Positions 1 through 9,354 of a DNA stretch of 64,000 bases are shown here, one piece after another. The position numbers were made by a program, and so were the translations under genes. Within the stretch, counting starts at the first letter, position 1. Every line of letters starts with the position of its first letter. The notes beneath the pieces were generated by a model. It saw only the letters and a list, made by a program, of their open reading frames with translations, searched no databases and had not been told where the DNA came from. The stretch is from Sediminibacterium sp. (GTDB lineage: Bacteria; Bacteroidota; Bacteroidia; Chitinophagales; Chitinophagaceae): positions 38,297 through 102,296 of the forward strand of contig JBAXPJ010000003.1 in the NCBI GenBank assembly GCA_037132335.1, written 5' to 3'.

Positions 1-2
1 AC

Positions 3-221
3 GCCTGTATTTGTGGAGAGATTGTAGAAGTGCTTCCATTGGCACAGTCTACTGTTTCGCAGCATTTAAAAGAATTAAAAAATGCAGGCTTAATTAATGG
101 AACCATAGATGGACCTAAAAGTTGTTACTGCATTAATTGGATAGCTTTTGAAAAATTCATGGCAGATTTTAATGCACTTTTTTTATCCCTACATATTCAA
201 AAAGAAAAAACTTGTTGTTAA
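3..221 (+). CDS. arsR: ArsR/SmtB-family transcriptional repressor (5'-truncated by window edge)
   Basis: Frame open from position 3: [31 protein letters not shown], an ArsR HTH with a CxC site, plus C-terminal CC; directly upstream of arsM. Confidence 0.85.
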   Translation, partial: ACICGEIVEVLPLAQSTVSQHLKELKNAGLINGTIDGPKSCYCINWIAFEKFMADFNALFLSLHIQKEKTCC

Positions 222-240
222 TCACTTTAAAATAAAAAAT

Positions 241-1089
241 ATGAAAACGGAAATTGAGTTGAAAGAATTGGTGAAAGAAAAATATGCTGAAATTGCCAAT
301 CAAACCAAAGATTTTAATGCAGCATCTTGTTGTGGTGCTGGTGGTTGTAGCGAAGAGATCTATAATATTATGAGTGACGACTATACCCAATTAAATGGTT
401 ATGCCGCTGATGCAGATTTAGGGTTGGGATGTGGTTTGCCTACTGCATTTGCTAAAATAAATAAGGGAGATGTAGTAATAGATTTAGGTAGTGGTGCGGG
501 TAACGATTGTTTTATTGCACGTGCTGCAACTGGCGAAACAGGAAAAGTAATAGGCATTGATTTTACAGAACAAATGGTTGCCAAAGCAAGAACCAATGCA
601 GAAAAATTAGGCTACCATAATGTTGAATTCAGACTCGGTGATATTGAACAAATGCCTGTATCGGCAAATATGGCGAACGTAGTTGTGAGTAATTGTGTAC
701 TCAACTTAGTACCCAATAAATTCAATGTAATTAAAGAAGTGTATCGTGTATTAAAGCCTGGTGGACATTTTAGTATTTCTGATATTGTATTAGAAGGACA
801 ATTACCTAGTCAATTAAAAAATGCTGCTGAAATGTATGCTGGCTGCGTATCAGGTGCCATTCAACAACAAGTATATTTAGAATTGATTGCTGCAAATGGT
901 TTTGAAAATATTACTATTCAAAAATCAAAAGAAATTATTATACCAGATGATATTTTGCTAAACTATTTGTCTGCAGCAGAAATAGCCGCATTTAGAATTA
1001 GTGATATGGGTATTTTTAGTATTACAGTTTATGCCGATAAACCATCAGCAGAAAAAGCTATTTGTACGCCAGGAGGGGGTTGTTGTTAA
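241..1089 (+). CDS. arsM: Arsenite S-adenosylmethionine methyltransferase
   Basis: LGLGCGLP, VIDLGSGAGND SAM motif, VSNCVLNL, YAGCVSGA, N-terminal SCC and C-terminal CC; ATG at 241 preferred over the track start at 148, which overlaps arsR. Confidence 0.92.
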   Translation: MKTEIELKELVKEKYAEIANQTKDFNAASCCGAGGCSEEIYNIMSDDYTQLNGYAADADLGLGCGLPTAFAKINKGDVVIDLGSGAGNDCFIARAATGETGKVIGIDFTEQMVAKARTNAEKLGYHNVEFRLGDIEQMPVSANMANVVVSNCVLNLVPNKFNVIKEVYRVLKPGGHFSISDIVLEGQLPSQLKNAAEMYAGCVSGAIQQQVYLELIAANGFENITIQKSKEIIIPDDILLNYLSAAEIAAFRISDMGIFSITVYADKPSAEKAICTPGGGCC

Positions 1090-2385
1090 TTACACCACTT
1101 TTAATTCATAAAACTCATCGGGATTCAAATATTTTACGGCAAGCGCTTGTAATTCTTCTGCACTTACATTTCTAACAGTAGCTAAGCTGTTATAGAAATA
1201 TTCGGCAGTTACATTGTTTAAAATATAATTTTTCCAACGGGCAATAATTTGAAAAGGACCATCTAAATCACCAAGCAAAGAGCCAATCATATAATTGCGA
1301 ACAAGATCGAGTTCTTCTGCATCAATTATTTCATTGCGTAAAATTTCCATTTCTTTATACACTTCACTGATGGTTGCATCTGATACATCTCTACCCGCTT
1401 CTGTACTAATTAACCAAGCGGTATTGTGTAAATGGTTTTGAATAAAACTATGAATGCCATAAGTATATCCTTTGTCTTCGCGAATATTACTCATTAAACG
1501 TGATCCAAAAAATCCACCAAATAAATTATTTAAAATTTGCACTTTCGAAAAATCGGGATGGTGTCTATTAGGAAATGGGCGCGCTATTCTAATGGCAGTT
1601 TGTACACCATCTGCATCGTTAGTAATGCTGTATTTTTTTTCAATTGCAGGTACTTGTAAAATTGGCTGTAAAACAACTTCATTTTTATTAAATGGCAATT
1701 GTCCTAATTCTTTATTTAGTAATGCTTCGGTGTCTGGTAATAGTTTGCCAGCTACAAAAACCAAGCATTTTCCATTCGTATAATATTGTTTATAAAAATC
1801 AATTAAGTCTTGTTGTTGTAATTCGTTGAAATCATTGGCCGAAGTATATTTTCCGTAAGGATGATTAAATCCATACACATACTCATCAATTAATCTATTG
1901 GCAACAAAATCACATTTTTTTAAATTGACTTCTAATCGTTGTTTTTGGTTTTGTTTGTAGATGGCTAATTCAGATTCAGGAAAAATGGCATCGGTTAGCA
2001 ATTCTGTTACAACGGGTAATAATTTACTTAAGTGTTTGTTTAAGCAGTGTAGGGTAATAGTAGCAGTTTCATTAAAACAACTCCTGCTCAAATATGCACC
2101 ATGAAACTCAAAATGTTCGTTAATGGCAAACGCATCTTTTTTGCTCGTGCCATTTTTTAATAAATGATTGGTAGTGGCTGCTACAATGTTTTTTTGTTCG
2201 TGCCAGTTTCCTGCAAAAAAAACCAATTCCACCATCACCACTTCTTCTGCGCCAGCATCAATACTATAAACAGTGGTGCCATTGTCTAGCGTGTAGGAAT
2301 GATAAGGCTTTAACTGTACATCAAATTCAACTGCGTCTTTTATATCAGGTGCTAGGGTTCTATTGGGCATCATATTGTGGGTCAT
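1090..2385 (-). CDS. M16 (pitrilysin/insulinase) family peptidase-like subunit
   Basis: M16 architecture, GGFFGSRLMSNIREDKGYTYGI; HxxEH motif degenerate, so probably the non-catalytic subunit; start (2385, 2373 or 2370) must lie downstream of the TATTTTTG element at 2392-2399. Confidence 0.85.
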   Translation of the reverse strand: MTHNMMPNRTLAPDIKDAVEFDVQLKPYHSYTLDNGTTVYSIDAGAEEVVMVELVFFAGNWHEQKNIVAATTNHLLKNGTSKKDAFAINEHFEFHGAYLSRSCFNETATITLHCLNKHLSKLLPVVTELLTDAIFPESELAIYKQNQKQRLEVNLKKCDFVANRLIDEYVYGFNHPYGKYTSANDFNELQQQDLIDFYKQYYTNGKCLVFVAGKLLPDTEALLNKELGQLPFNKNEVVLQPILQVPAIEKKYSITNDADGVQTAIRIARPFPNRHHPDFSKVQILNNLFGGFFGSRLMSNIREDKGYTYGIHSFIQNHLHNTAWLISTEAGRDVSDATISEVYKEMEILRNEIIDAEELDLVRNYMIGSLLGDLDGPFQIIARWKNYILNNVTAEYFYNSLATVRNVSAEELQALAVKYLNPDEFYELKVV

Positions 2386-2391
2386 TAACTG

Positions 2392-2399
2392 CAAAAATA
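2392..2399 (-). promoter_or_regulatory. Bacteroidota sigma70 -7 element (TATTTTTG)
   Basis: Matches TAnnTTTG just upstream of the M16 gene. Confidence 0.55.
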
Positions 2400-2461
2400 G
2401 TTGATTCAATTGCCTAATTATGCTAAATCATTAATTTTTCGCAGTTTTTATTGTTAGACCC

Positions 2462-2833
2462 TTACTGATTTGGGCTTTGCCTAACAATTAGGTAGTTGCC
2501 TCCTTCAAGCGCTAGATAGCCGTAATCGTAACAATAATAGTATTGGTGCCCTTTTTTATTGGCCTGACAATGGGTATTGTATTTAAATATGAATCCTTTT
2601 TCTTGTAATTGTTGTTGGCTAGTTTTTGAATGCGTGGCAGTGCTTGGCATTAATGAGGCAAGAATCCGTCGATTTTTTTGAAGTAAATGATTGATTCGTC
2701 GGATGTAATTGTTGTTGCAACTGTGTAGTTGGTTATTGTAATTATTTCTACAAAAATCATTGCAGAATTTTTTATCGGTTCTTCCTTTAACGGGCTTGCT
2801 ACAACTAATACATACTTTAGTAATTGTATTCAT
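2462..2833 (-). CDS. Conserved Bacteroidota Zn-ribbon hypothetical protein (DUF2116-like)
   Basis: CISC...GRTDKKFCNDFCRNNYNN and YYCYDYGYL motifs. Confidence 0.7.
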   Translation of the reverse strand: MNTITKVCISCSKPVKGRTDKKFCNDFCRNNYNNQLHSCNNNYIRRINHLLQKNRRILASLMPSTATHSKTSQQQLQEKGFIFKYNTHCQANKKGHQYYYCYDYGYLALEGGNYLIVRQSPNQ

Positions 2834-2928
2834 GCAGTTGGTTTTAATTTTGCTTTAACAAAACTAAAATACCTACTTGCCTTCAGTTTTTTACACGGGA
2901 TAAAAATATTTTAGGGATGAAAGGGCAC

Positions 2929-4083
2929 CTAGTTTAATAGGGCAGCAGCGCACCATAATACTACGGCTTGGCCATGCATGTCTCCAATATTTCTTTTGCG
3001 ATCGTTATAATATTGGCGGTCATTTTTTTTGTTGGTCCCTTCGCAAACTTCACGGGTGTCGCCATTTTCATTTATATAATTCACCATTCCTAACCAACTA
3101 TTTCTTGCAGCAACGCCATAAGTTTTTTTATCTAACCAACCCTGTTTTACGCCTGTAATCAATGCAAAACCAAACATTCCTGAACTAGACATTTCAGCCC
3201 AAGAATTGGCATCATCAATAATTTGATTCCACATGCCTTCTTTGGTTTGGTATTGTAAAAGTGAAGTCATCATTTTTAAATAGCCGTCTAATATTCTAGG
3301 TCTATCAGAATGAGATGCTGGTAAACACAATAGCAACTCTGTCATTCCTACTGCAAACCAACCATTTCCTCTTCCCCAAAAAAATGGCACATCGGGCGCA
3401 TGATAAAATAATCCATTGGGTTTTTGAAGTGAGTCTAAATATAAAACGGCTTCTTTAGCAGCTTGATCAATATATTTTTTGTTGCCAGTAGCCCGGTAAG
3501 CTTGTGTTTGAACCACTGTAATCATAAACATATCATCTACCCATAACCTTGTTTGCCAACTATAACCAGCATCATGGTATTTTTTTGCTTGTGCATTTAT
3601 ATTTACGCCTGTTGTTGGAAGTGTAAATGATTTTTCGGCATACTTTAAGCCAATGGATAAATATTTTTGGTCTTTGGTTTGTAAATACATGCCAAGTGGC
3701 ACTGCGCCAAAAACAGTATAGTCTACATGAATAGCAGGGGGCATCATGGTAGAATCTTTTTTGAAAAATGGATCAAACCGATCCGTTAATTGCAATGCTA
3801 GTGTATTGTCTTTTGTTGCTTTTGCAAAATTCAGCGCACCATACCAGGTGCATGTTTCAGGATAACTAATCCATTTTGGAGGAAAACTATATCCAAAATT
3901 AGTATGTGGTGTGGCTATAAAATGTTGGGCAACCAATGAGCCGATTTCTTTTGGTGTTTTTCCTTTTGGAAAATGTTTTAAATCGTAACTAGATTTATTT
4001 TGAGCAGAGGCACTCAATAAAAAAAAGCCAATGCAAGCCAATAAAATGATCTGTAATTTATATGGGGCGTATTTGCTAGTCAT
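2929..4083 (-). CDS. Glycoside hydrolase family 88/105 (unsaturated glycuronyl hydrolase), secreted
   Basis: WVDDMFM and WGRGNGW motifs, signal peptide; ATG at 4083, since the track start at 4119 lies inside a hairpin. Confidence 0.85.
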   Translation of the reverse strand: MTSKYAPYKLQIILLACIGFFLLSASAQNKSSYDLKHFPKGKTPKEIGSLVAQHFIATPHTNFGYSFPPKWISYPETCTWYGALNFAKATKDNTLALQLTDRFDPFFKKDSTMMPPAIHVDYTVFGAVPLGMYLQTKDQKYLSIGLKYAEKSFTLPTTGVNINAQAKKYHDAGYSWQTRLWVDDMFMITVVQTQAYRATGNKKYIDQAAKEAVLYLDSLQKPNGLFYHAPDVPFFWGRGNGWFAVGMTELLLCLPASHSDRPRILDGYLKMMTSLLQYQTKEGMWNQIIDDANSWAEMSSSGMFGFALITGVKQGWLDKKTYGVAARNSWLGMVNYINENGDTREVCEGTNKKNDRQYYNDRKRNIGDMHGQAVVLWCAAALLN

Positions 4084-4089
4084 ATTATT

Positions 4090-4135
4090 AAAAACTCGTT
4101 TTGTTTTAACAAGAAACAAGTTAAAACAAAACGAG
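4090..4135 (-). terminator. Intrinsic terminator after the FKBP gene
   Basis: 16-bp perfect inverted repeat CTCGTTTTGTTTTAAC (4095-4110) / GTTAAAACAAAACGAG (4120-4135), followed by TTTTT on the minus strand. Confidence 0.75.
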
Positions 4136-4160
4136 CGTTTTTATCAGTTGAATGATGGGC

Positions 4161-4985
4161 TTATTTTTCTATTGCTAATATTTCTACTTCAAAAATAAGG
4201 GTAGAACCGGGTTCAATTGTTGGTCCTGCAGAACGATCGCCATAAGCAAGGTCTGAAGGGATATATAATTTCCATTTGCTACCAACTGTCATTAATTGTA
4301 AAGCTTCTGTCCATCCTGGTATAACACCATTAACTGGAAAACTTATTGGTTCGCCTCTATCAACTGAGCTATCAAATACAGTTCCGTTAAGAAGTGTTCC
4401 GTGGTAATGACATTTTACTTTATCGGTTAAAGTAGGTTTAGTAGTATCAGTGCTATTTTTAATAACTTCGTATTGCAATCCGCTTTTAGTGGTAATTACA
4501 CCTTTGCGTTTGCCATTTTCAGCTAAAAATTTCTTTCCTTCTGTTTTGCCTTTGATTGATTTTTCTGCACTAGCTTTTTGTTGGTATTCGCCAATGCATT
4601 TGTCTAAAACATCTTCTGCAATAACTAGTTTTTTGTTTTGTAAAACATCATTCATTGCTTTTTGAAAAATAGCCATATCTAATTTGTCGAAGCCTTGTGT
4701 TTTTAGTGTTTGTGCAATTCTTGCACCCAATGCATAACTCGCGCTATCAATATTGTTTTTATAAGAAGAAATAGCTTGTGCTAGTTTGGTAGCAATTTTA
4801 GTGGTATTGGTGGCGCTAGATGTGGCAGCTTTAACGGTGGTTGATTTGGTTGCAGTACTTGCAGTTGCTGGTTTTGCAGCAGTTGCGGTAGTGGCTGGTT
4901 TTACAGCTGTAGGTTTAGCAGGTTGCTGTGCAATGGCTGCTGTTGAAAGTAAAACACCCGTAAGGGCAATAAAAATTTGTTTCAT
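4161..4985 (-). CDS. FKBP-type peptidyl-prolyl cis-trans isomerase (FkpA/Mip-like)
   Basis: Signal peptide, FKBP_N (SYALG), HYHGTLLNGTVFDSS, VIPGWTEAL, IPSDLAYG. Confidence 0.93.
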   Translation of the reverse strand: MKQIFIALTGVLLSTAAIAQQPAKPTAVKPATTATAAKPATASTATKSTTVKAATSSATNTTKIATKLAQAISSYKNNIDSASYALGARIAQTLKTQGFDKLDMAIFQKAMNDVLQNKKLVIAEDVLDKCIGEYQQKASAEKSIKGKTEGKKFLAENGKRKGVITTKSGLQYEVIKNSTDTTKPTLTDKVKCHYHGTLLNGTVFDSSVDRGEPISFPVNGVIPGWTEALQLMTVGSKWKLYIPSDLAYGDRSAGPTIEPGSTLIFEVEILAIEK

Positions 4986-5048
4986 ATGTATTTTTCTAGT
5001 GGGGGTAAAAATAAGTAATTTATAAATCTATAAGTTGTGTAGGTCGGT

Positions 5049-6395
5049 TTATTTTGTTGCGGCAGGTGCAATTAATTGATGAATGGCCTGATTTACTTTT
5101 TCAAATTCAAATTTTAATACTACTTGATCCATCATTAATTTAATTTGGGCATTACAAAGATTGCCCATACTGCCTTCATGAACATGGTTTAAATTGGTAT
5201 TGTGTTCGAACTTACCCGCTTCAATTAAAGCACCTACTTGCTTATATGCATCACGGAATGGAACGCCTTCAAGTACCAATTCGTTTACTGCTTCTACGCT
5301 AAATGCATATTTGTATTTTGAATCTTGTAAAATAGCTGGTTTAACACTAATATTCTCCAGCATTAAATGCGCCATTTCAATACAATCTTTCAGTGTTTGA
5401 AAGGCTGGAAATAAATGTTCTTTAAGTAATTGCAAATCTCTATGATAACCAGATGGCAGGTTGGTAGTCATCATAGTTATTTCGTTAGGCAATGCTTTGA
5501 TTCGATTGCAATAAGAACGAATCAATTCAAATACATCTGGATTTTTTTTATGTGGCATTATGCTTGAACCAGTGGTTAGTTCTGCAGGAAAACTAACAAA
5601 ATCAAAATTCTGGTTTAAATACAAACACATGTCCATACTTAATCTGGCCAATGTTTCAGCAATATTTGCCATTGCTTGTGCGGTAATGCGTTCTGCTTTT
5701 CCTCTGCCCATTTGTGCATAAACTACATTGTAATTTAATTCTGCAAATCCTAATAGTTCTGTAGTGAGCGTTCTATTAATAGGAAATGAAGAACCATAGC
5801 CAGCCGCTGATCCTAATGGATTTTTATTCACTACTTGGTACGCACCATTGAGTGTAATTAAATCATCTACCAAAGATTCTGCATAAGCACCAAACCATAA
5901 TCCAAATGAAGATGGCATAGCTAATTGCAAATGGGTGTAGCCTGGTAATAATTGGTCTTTAAATTTTTCGCTTTGTGCAAGTAGTAATTCAAAGAAGGGT
6001 TGAATTGCAGAAACTAACTGCGTGATTTCGCTGCGTAAAAATAGTTTTACATCTACTAAAACTTGGTCGTTCCTACTTCTAGCACTGTGTATTTTTTTTC
6101 CTGTATCGCCAAGGGCGTTGGTTAATAATAATTCTACTTGCGAGTGAATATCTTCTACTTGTGCTTCAATAGCCAGATTACCGTTAATGGCCTGCGCGTA
6201 GATGCATTGTAATTCAAGAACCAAAGCAGCGGCCTCTTCTGCAGTAAGCAAGCCAACTGTAGCCAACATTTTTGCATGAGCTATATTGCCTAACACATCA
6301 AAGGGTGCAAGTAATAAATCAAATTCCTTGTCTTTTCCAACAGTAAATTTTTCTACTGCTGCTGATACTGTTGTGTTTTTTTGCCAAAGTTTCAT
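5049..6395 (-). CDS. argH: Argininosuccinate lyase
   Basis: HSARSRNDQV, PGYTHLQ, GSSIMPHKKNPD. Confidence 0.96.
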   Translation of the reverse strand: MKLWQKNTTVSAAVEKFTVGKDKEFDLLLAPFDVLGNIAHAKMLATVGLLTAEEAAALVLELQCIYAQAINGNLAIEAQVEDIHSQVELLLTNALGDTGKKIHSARSRNDQVLVDVKLFLRSEITQLVSAIQPFFELLLAQSEKFKDQLLPGYTHLQLAMPSSFGLWFGAYAESLVDDLITLNGAYQVVNKNPLGSAAGYGSSFPINRTLTTELLGFAELNYNVVYAQMGRGKAERITAQAMANIAETLARLSMDMCLYLNQNFDFVSFPAELTTGSSIMPHKKNPDVFELIRSYCNRIKALPNEITMMTTNLPSGYHRDLQLLKEHLFPAFQTLKDCIEMAHLMLENISVKPAILQDSKYKYAFSVEAVNELVLEGVPFRDAYKQVGALIEAGKFEHNTNLNHVHEGSMGNLCNAQIKLMMDQVVLKFEFEKVNQAIHQLIAPAATK

Positions 6396-7471
6396 GAAGC
6401 AATTACTTTATCAATTAAATCAATGTATAGTTGAATGCCGGTACCTATTTCTGCTATCCAAATAAATTCATCTGCTGAATGACTTCTGGCAGAATCACCG
6501 GGCCCAAGCTTTAAAGTAGGAAAAGGCATTAATGCTTTGTCGGATGTAGTAGGAGAGCCATAATAAGGCAATCCTAAAGCAATTCCTGCTTTAATTAATG
6601 GATGGTCTAAAGCAATAGCGGTAGATCTTAAACGACTACTTCTGGGTTGTACATCACAAGTAGTATGTGCTTTAATGGTGGCCAATACTTCTTCGAAAGT
6701 GTACAACTCATTTACCCTAATATCGGTAGTAAATTTACATTCACTTGGCACTACATTGTGTTGCGCGCCTCCATTAATAATGGTTACACTCATTTTCATA
6801 GGGCCCAATAAATCTGAAACCTTTTCGAATCGATAGTCTATGAACCACTGAATATCTTTGATTGCTTTGTAAATTGCATTATCGCCTTCTTCACGTGCAG
6901 CATGACCTGGTTTTCCATGCGCGGTACAATCTAACACTAGTAAACCTTTTTCGGCTACTGCCATTCTTAACAAGGTGGGCTCACCAACTATACCAAAATC
7001 TATCTTTGGTAAACGCGCTAATAATATTTCAACACCATTATGACCAGATATTTCTTCTTCGGCAGTTGCAGCTAACACTATATTATACGCTAAATTTTCT
7101 TGTTGATAGAAGTGTAAAAAAACAGCAATTAATGAAACCAAACATCCGCCAGCATCATTACTTCCTAAGCCATATAATTTTTCGTCTTTTACAATTGGGT
7201 CAAATGGATTAAGTGTGTAAGCTTTATTTGGCTTTACAGTATCGTGGTGTGAATTTAGTAATAGCGTTGGCTTTGCCGGGTTAAAGTGTTTGTTTTTGGC
7301 CCATACATTATTGAGGTAACGAAATGCGTTTACCCCTTTTGATTGTAAAAAATTTTCAATCAAATCTGCTGTGTTATCCTCCTCTTTGCTAAACGAAGGA
7401 GTTGCAATTAGTTTTTTTAATAAACCAATGGCATCTTCTGTAAGCGTAGATATGCTATTACTGTTAGTCAT
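6392..7471 (-). CDS. argE: M20 family deacylase (ArgE-type; probably N-acyl-citrulline/ornithine deacylase)
   Basis: LNSHHDTV, GLGSNDAGG, EEE, VGEPT, SHSADE; located in the arg operon. Confidence 0.85.
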   Translation of the reverse strand: MTNSNSISTLTEDAIGLLKKLIATPSFSKEEDNTADLIENFLQSKGVNAFRYLNNVWAKNKHFNPAKPTLLLNSHHDTVKPNKAYTLNPFDPIVKDEKLYGLGSNDAGGCLVSLIAVFLHFYQQENLAYNIVLAATAEEEISGHNGVEILLARLPKIDFGIVGEPTLLRMAVAEKGLLVLDCTAHGKPGHAAREEGDNAIYKAIKDIQWFIDYRFEKVSDLLGPMKMSVTIINGGAQHNVVPSECKFTTDIRVNELYTFEEVLATIKAHTTCDVQPRSSRLRSTAIALDHPLIKAGIALGLPYYGSPTTSDKALMPFPTLKLGPGDSARSHSADEFIWIAEIGTGIQLYIDLIDKVIAS

Positions 7472-7499
7472 TTTAAAATTCTTTTGTAGTGCATTAATA

Positions 7500-8357
7500 T
7501 TAATGCGCTACGGTATGTTGAATAGTAGTTCCTGCTTTTCCTACTATTAGTAATTCAATCATTTCTGCTTTTCCAATAATTACTTTTGTTACACCACTAT
7601 TAATGGCGGCAAAAGCATTGTCTAATTTTGGAATCATTCCAGCAAATATTAATGCTTTTTCTTTGAGTGATTGGTATTCTTCTTTGTTAATAGAAGGAAT
7701 AACAGTACTGTCGTTATTGGCATCTAACAAAACCCCATTTTTTTCAAAACAATACAGTAATGATACTGCATAGTTATTACTCATTGCAACTGCAATTGAT
7801 TGTGCAATGGTATCGGCATTGGTGTTTAATAGTTGGCCATTACCATCATGTGTAATAGGCGCAATAACAATGGCAATATCTTGTTGTAATAATGGAAGTA
7901 TTGCACTTGTATTTACCGAATCAATATCGCCTACAAATCCGTAGTCTATTCCTTTTGAATCTAACGGCAATCTTTTGTGTGCTTTAATTAAGTTAGCATC
8001 AGCTCCAGTAAATCCTATGGCATTATTCTTATTGGCTTGTAATTTTGCAACGATGTTTTTATTAATATACCCTGCATAAACCATTGTAACAATTTTTAAA
8101 GTAGCAGCGTCTGTAATTCTTCTGCCATCTACCATTGCTTGTTCAATGCCTAAATCTTTTGCAAGTTGTGTTGCTAATTTTCCGCCACCATGTACCAATA
8201 TTTTTTTTCCTTTAATAGCGGCAAAATCTTTTAAAAATAAATCTAGTTTATTGTTGTCGTCAATAATATTCCCACCAATCTTTACTACATACAATGCTTC
8301 TTTCTCCAAGTTACTGGCAGTAGCATTAATAATAGTTGTTTGGTTTTGACCAGTCAT
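7500..8357 (-). CDS. argB: Acetyl(acyl)glutamate kinase
   Basis: VVKIGGN, VHGGG, GRRITD, LNTNADT, GMIPKL. Confidence 0.93.
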   Translation of the reverse strand: MTGQNQTTIINATASNLEKEALYVVKIGGNIIDDNNKLDLFLKDFAAIKGKKILVHGGGKLATQLAKDLGIEQAMVDGRRITDAATLKIVTMVYAGYINKNIVAKLQANKNNAIGFTGADANLIKAHKRLPLDSKGIDYGFVGDIDSVNTSAILPLLQQDIAIVIAPITHDGNGQLLNTNADTIAQSIAVAMSNNYAVSLLYCFEKNGVLLDANNDSTVIPSINKEEYQSLKEKALIFAGMIPKLDNAFAAINSGVTKVIIGKAEMIELLIVGKAGTTIQHTVAH

Positions 8358-8360
8358 TTT

Positions 8361-9323
8361 CTATTTTTTTTTGTGCATTAAAATTTCAGAAAGCACAGCT
8401 TGTGCTGCCCAAACCCTATTGCCCGCTTCTTTGCTTACCAAACTATGTGGTCCGTCTAATATTTCATCGCTCAATTCTACATTTCTTCTCACAGGCAAAC
8501 AGTGCATCACTTTTGCTTGGTTGGTTCTTGTCATTTTTTCTTCTGTTAACATCCAACTAGGATCGTTTTCGTACATCTTGCCGTAATCGGTATAAGTGCT
8601 CCAATTTTTTACATAAACAAAGTCGGCATTATCTAATGCGGCATTTTGGTCATGGGTAATTGTTGCGCCTTTTGTAAAAGTTTCTGCTAGTTCGTAATCT
8701 TCAGGATGCGTAATTACAAATTCTGCTTCACCCCATGCATTCATCCATTGCGCAAATGAATTTGCTACACATTGTGGTAATGGTTTAATATGTGGCGCCC
8801 ATGTTAAAACAATTTTTGGTTTTCGATTTATGTTTTTCCAATTTTCTTGGATGGTAATAATATCGGTTAAAGATTGCAATGGATGTAGGGTAGCACTTTC
8901 TAAACTAATTACAGGTACACCAGCATATTTTATAAACTGGTGAATATACATTTCACTATAATCGTCTTCTCTGTTATTTAGAGATGGAAAAGTTCTAATA
9001 CATAGAATGTCGAAATACTGTCCAAGTATTGGCGCCGCGTCTTTCACATGTTCTACGGTATTACCACTCATGATGGCACCTTCTTCAAACTCTAGTGCCC
9101 AACCTTCTTTATCAACATTAAAAACAATGGCTTCCATCCCCAAATTTTTAGCGGCAACTTGTGTGCTAAGTCGGGTACGTAAACTAGGGTTTAAGAACAA
9201 TAGTCCCACTCTTTTATCTGCGCCCAATAAACGGTCTTTAAAAGGATCGGCTTTATATGCCAAGGCCTTTTTTACAAGTGCGTTGATATCGGTTACATCA
9301 TGAACAGAAATAAAATTTTTCAT
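8361..9323 (-). CDS. argF: N-acylornithine carbamoyltransferase (ArgF', probably N-succinylornithine type)
   Basis: SLRTR, HPLQ, WAPHIKPLPQ, HCLPVRRN; closely resembles Bacteroides fragilis ArgF' as I recall it. Confidence 0.9.
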   Translation of the reverse strand: MKNFISVHDVTDINALVKKALAYKADPFKDRLLGADKRVGLLFLNPSLRTRLSTQVAAKNLGMEAIVFNVDKEGWALEFEEGAIMSGNTVEHVKDAAPILGQYFDILCIRTFPSLNNREDDYSEMYIHQFIKYAGVPVISLESATLHPLQSLTDIITIQENWKNINRKPKIVLTWAPHIKPLPQCVANSFAQWMNAWGEAEFVITHPEDYELAETFTKGATITHDQNAALDNADFVYVKNWSTYTDYGKMYENDPSWMLTEEKMTRTNQAKVMHCLPVRRNVELSDEILDGPHSLVSKEAGNRVWAAQAVLSEILMHKKK

Positions 9324-9354
9324 ACCGTTTGCGCCTTCAATACAGAAGGATTGT

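Noticed and set aside
148-240. N-terminal extension of ArsM in the ORF track
   Set aside because: Overlaps arsR in another frame; the ATG at 241 after an A-rich leader is the typical start.
4786-4930. Repetitive Ala/Thr/Lys/Pro segment and antisense hydrophobic ORF in the FKBP gene
   Set aside because: Ordinary low-complexity linker after the signal peptide; the antisense ORF is a shadow.
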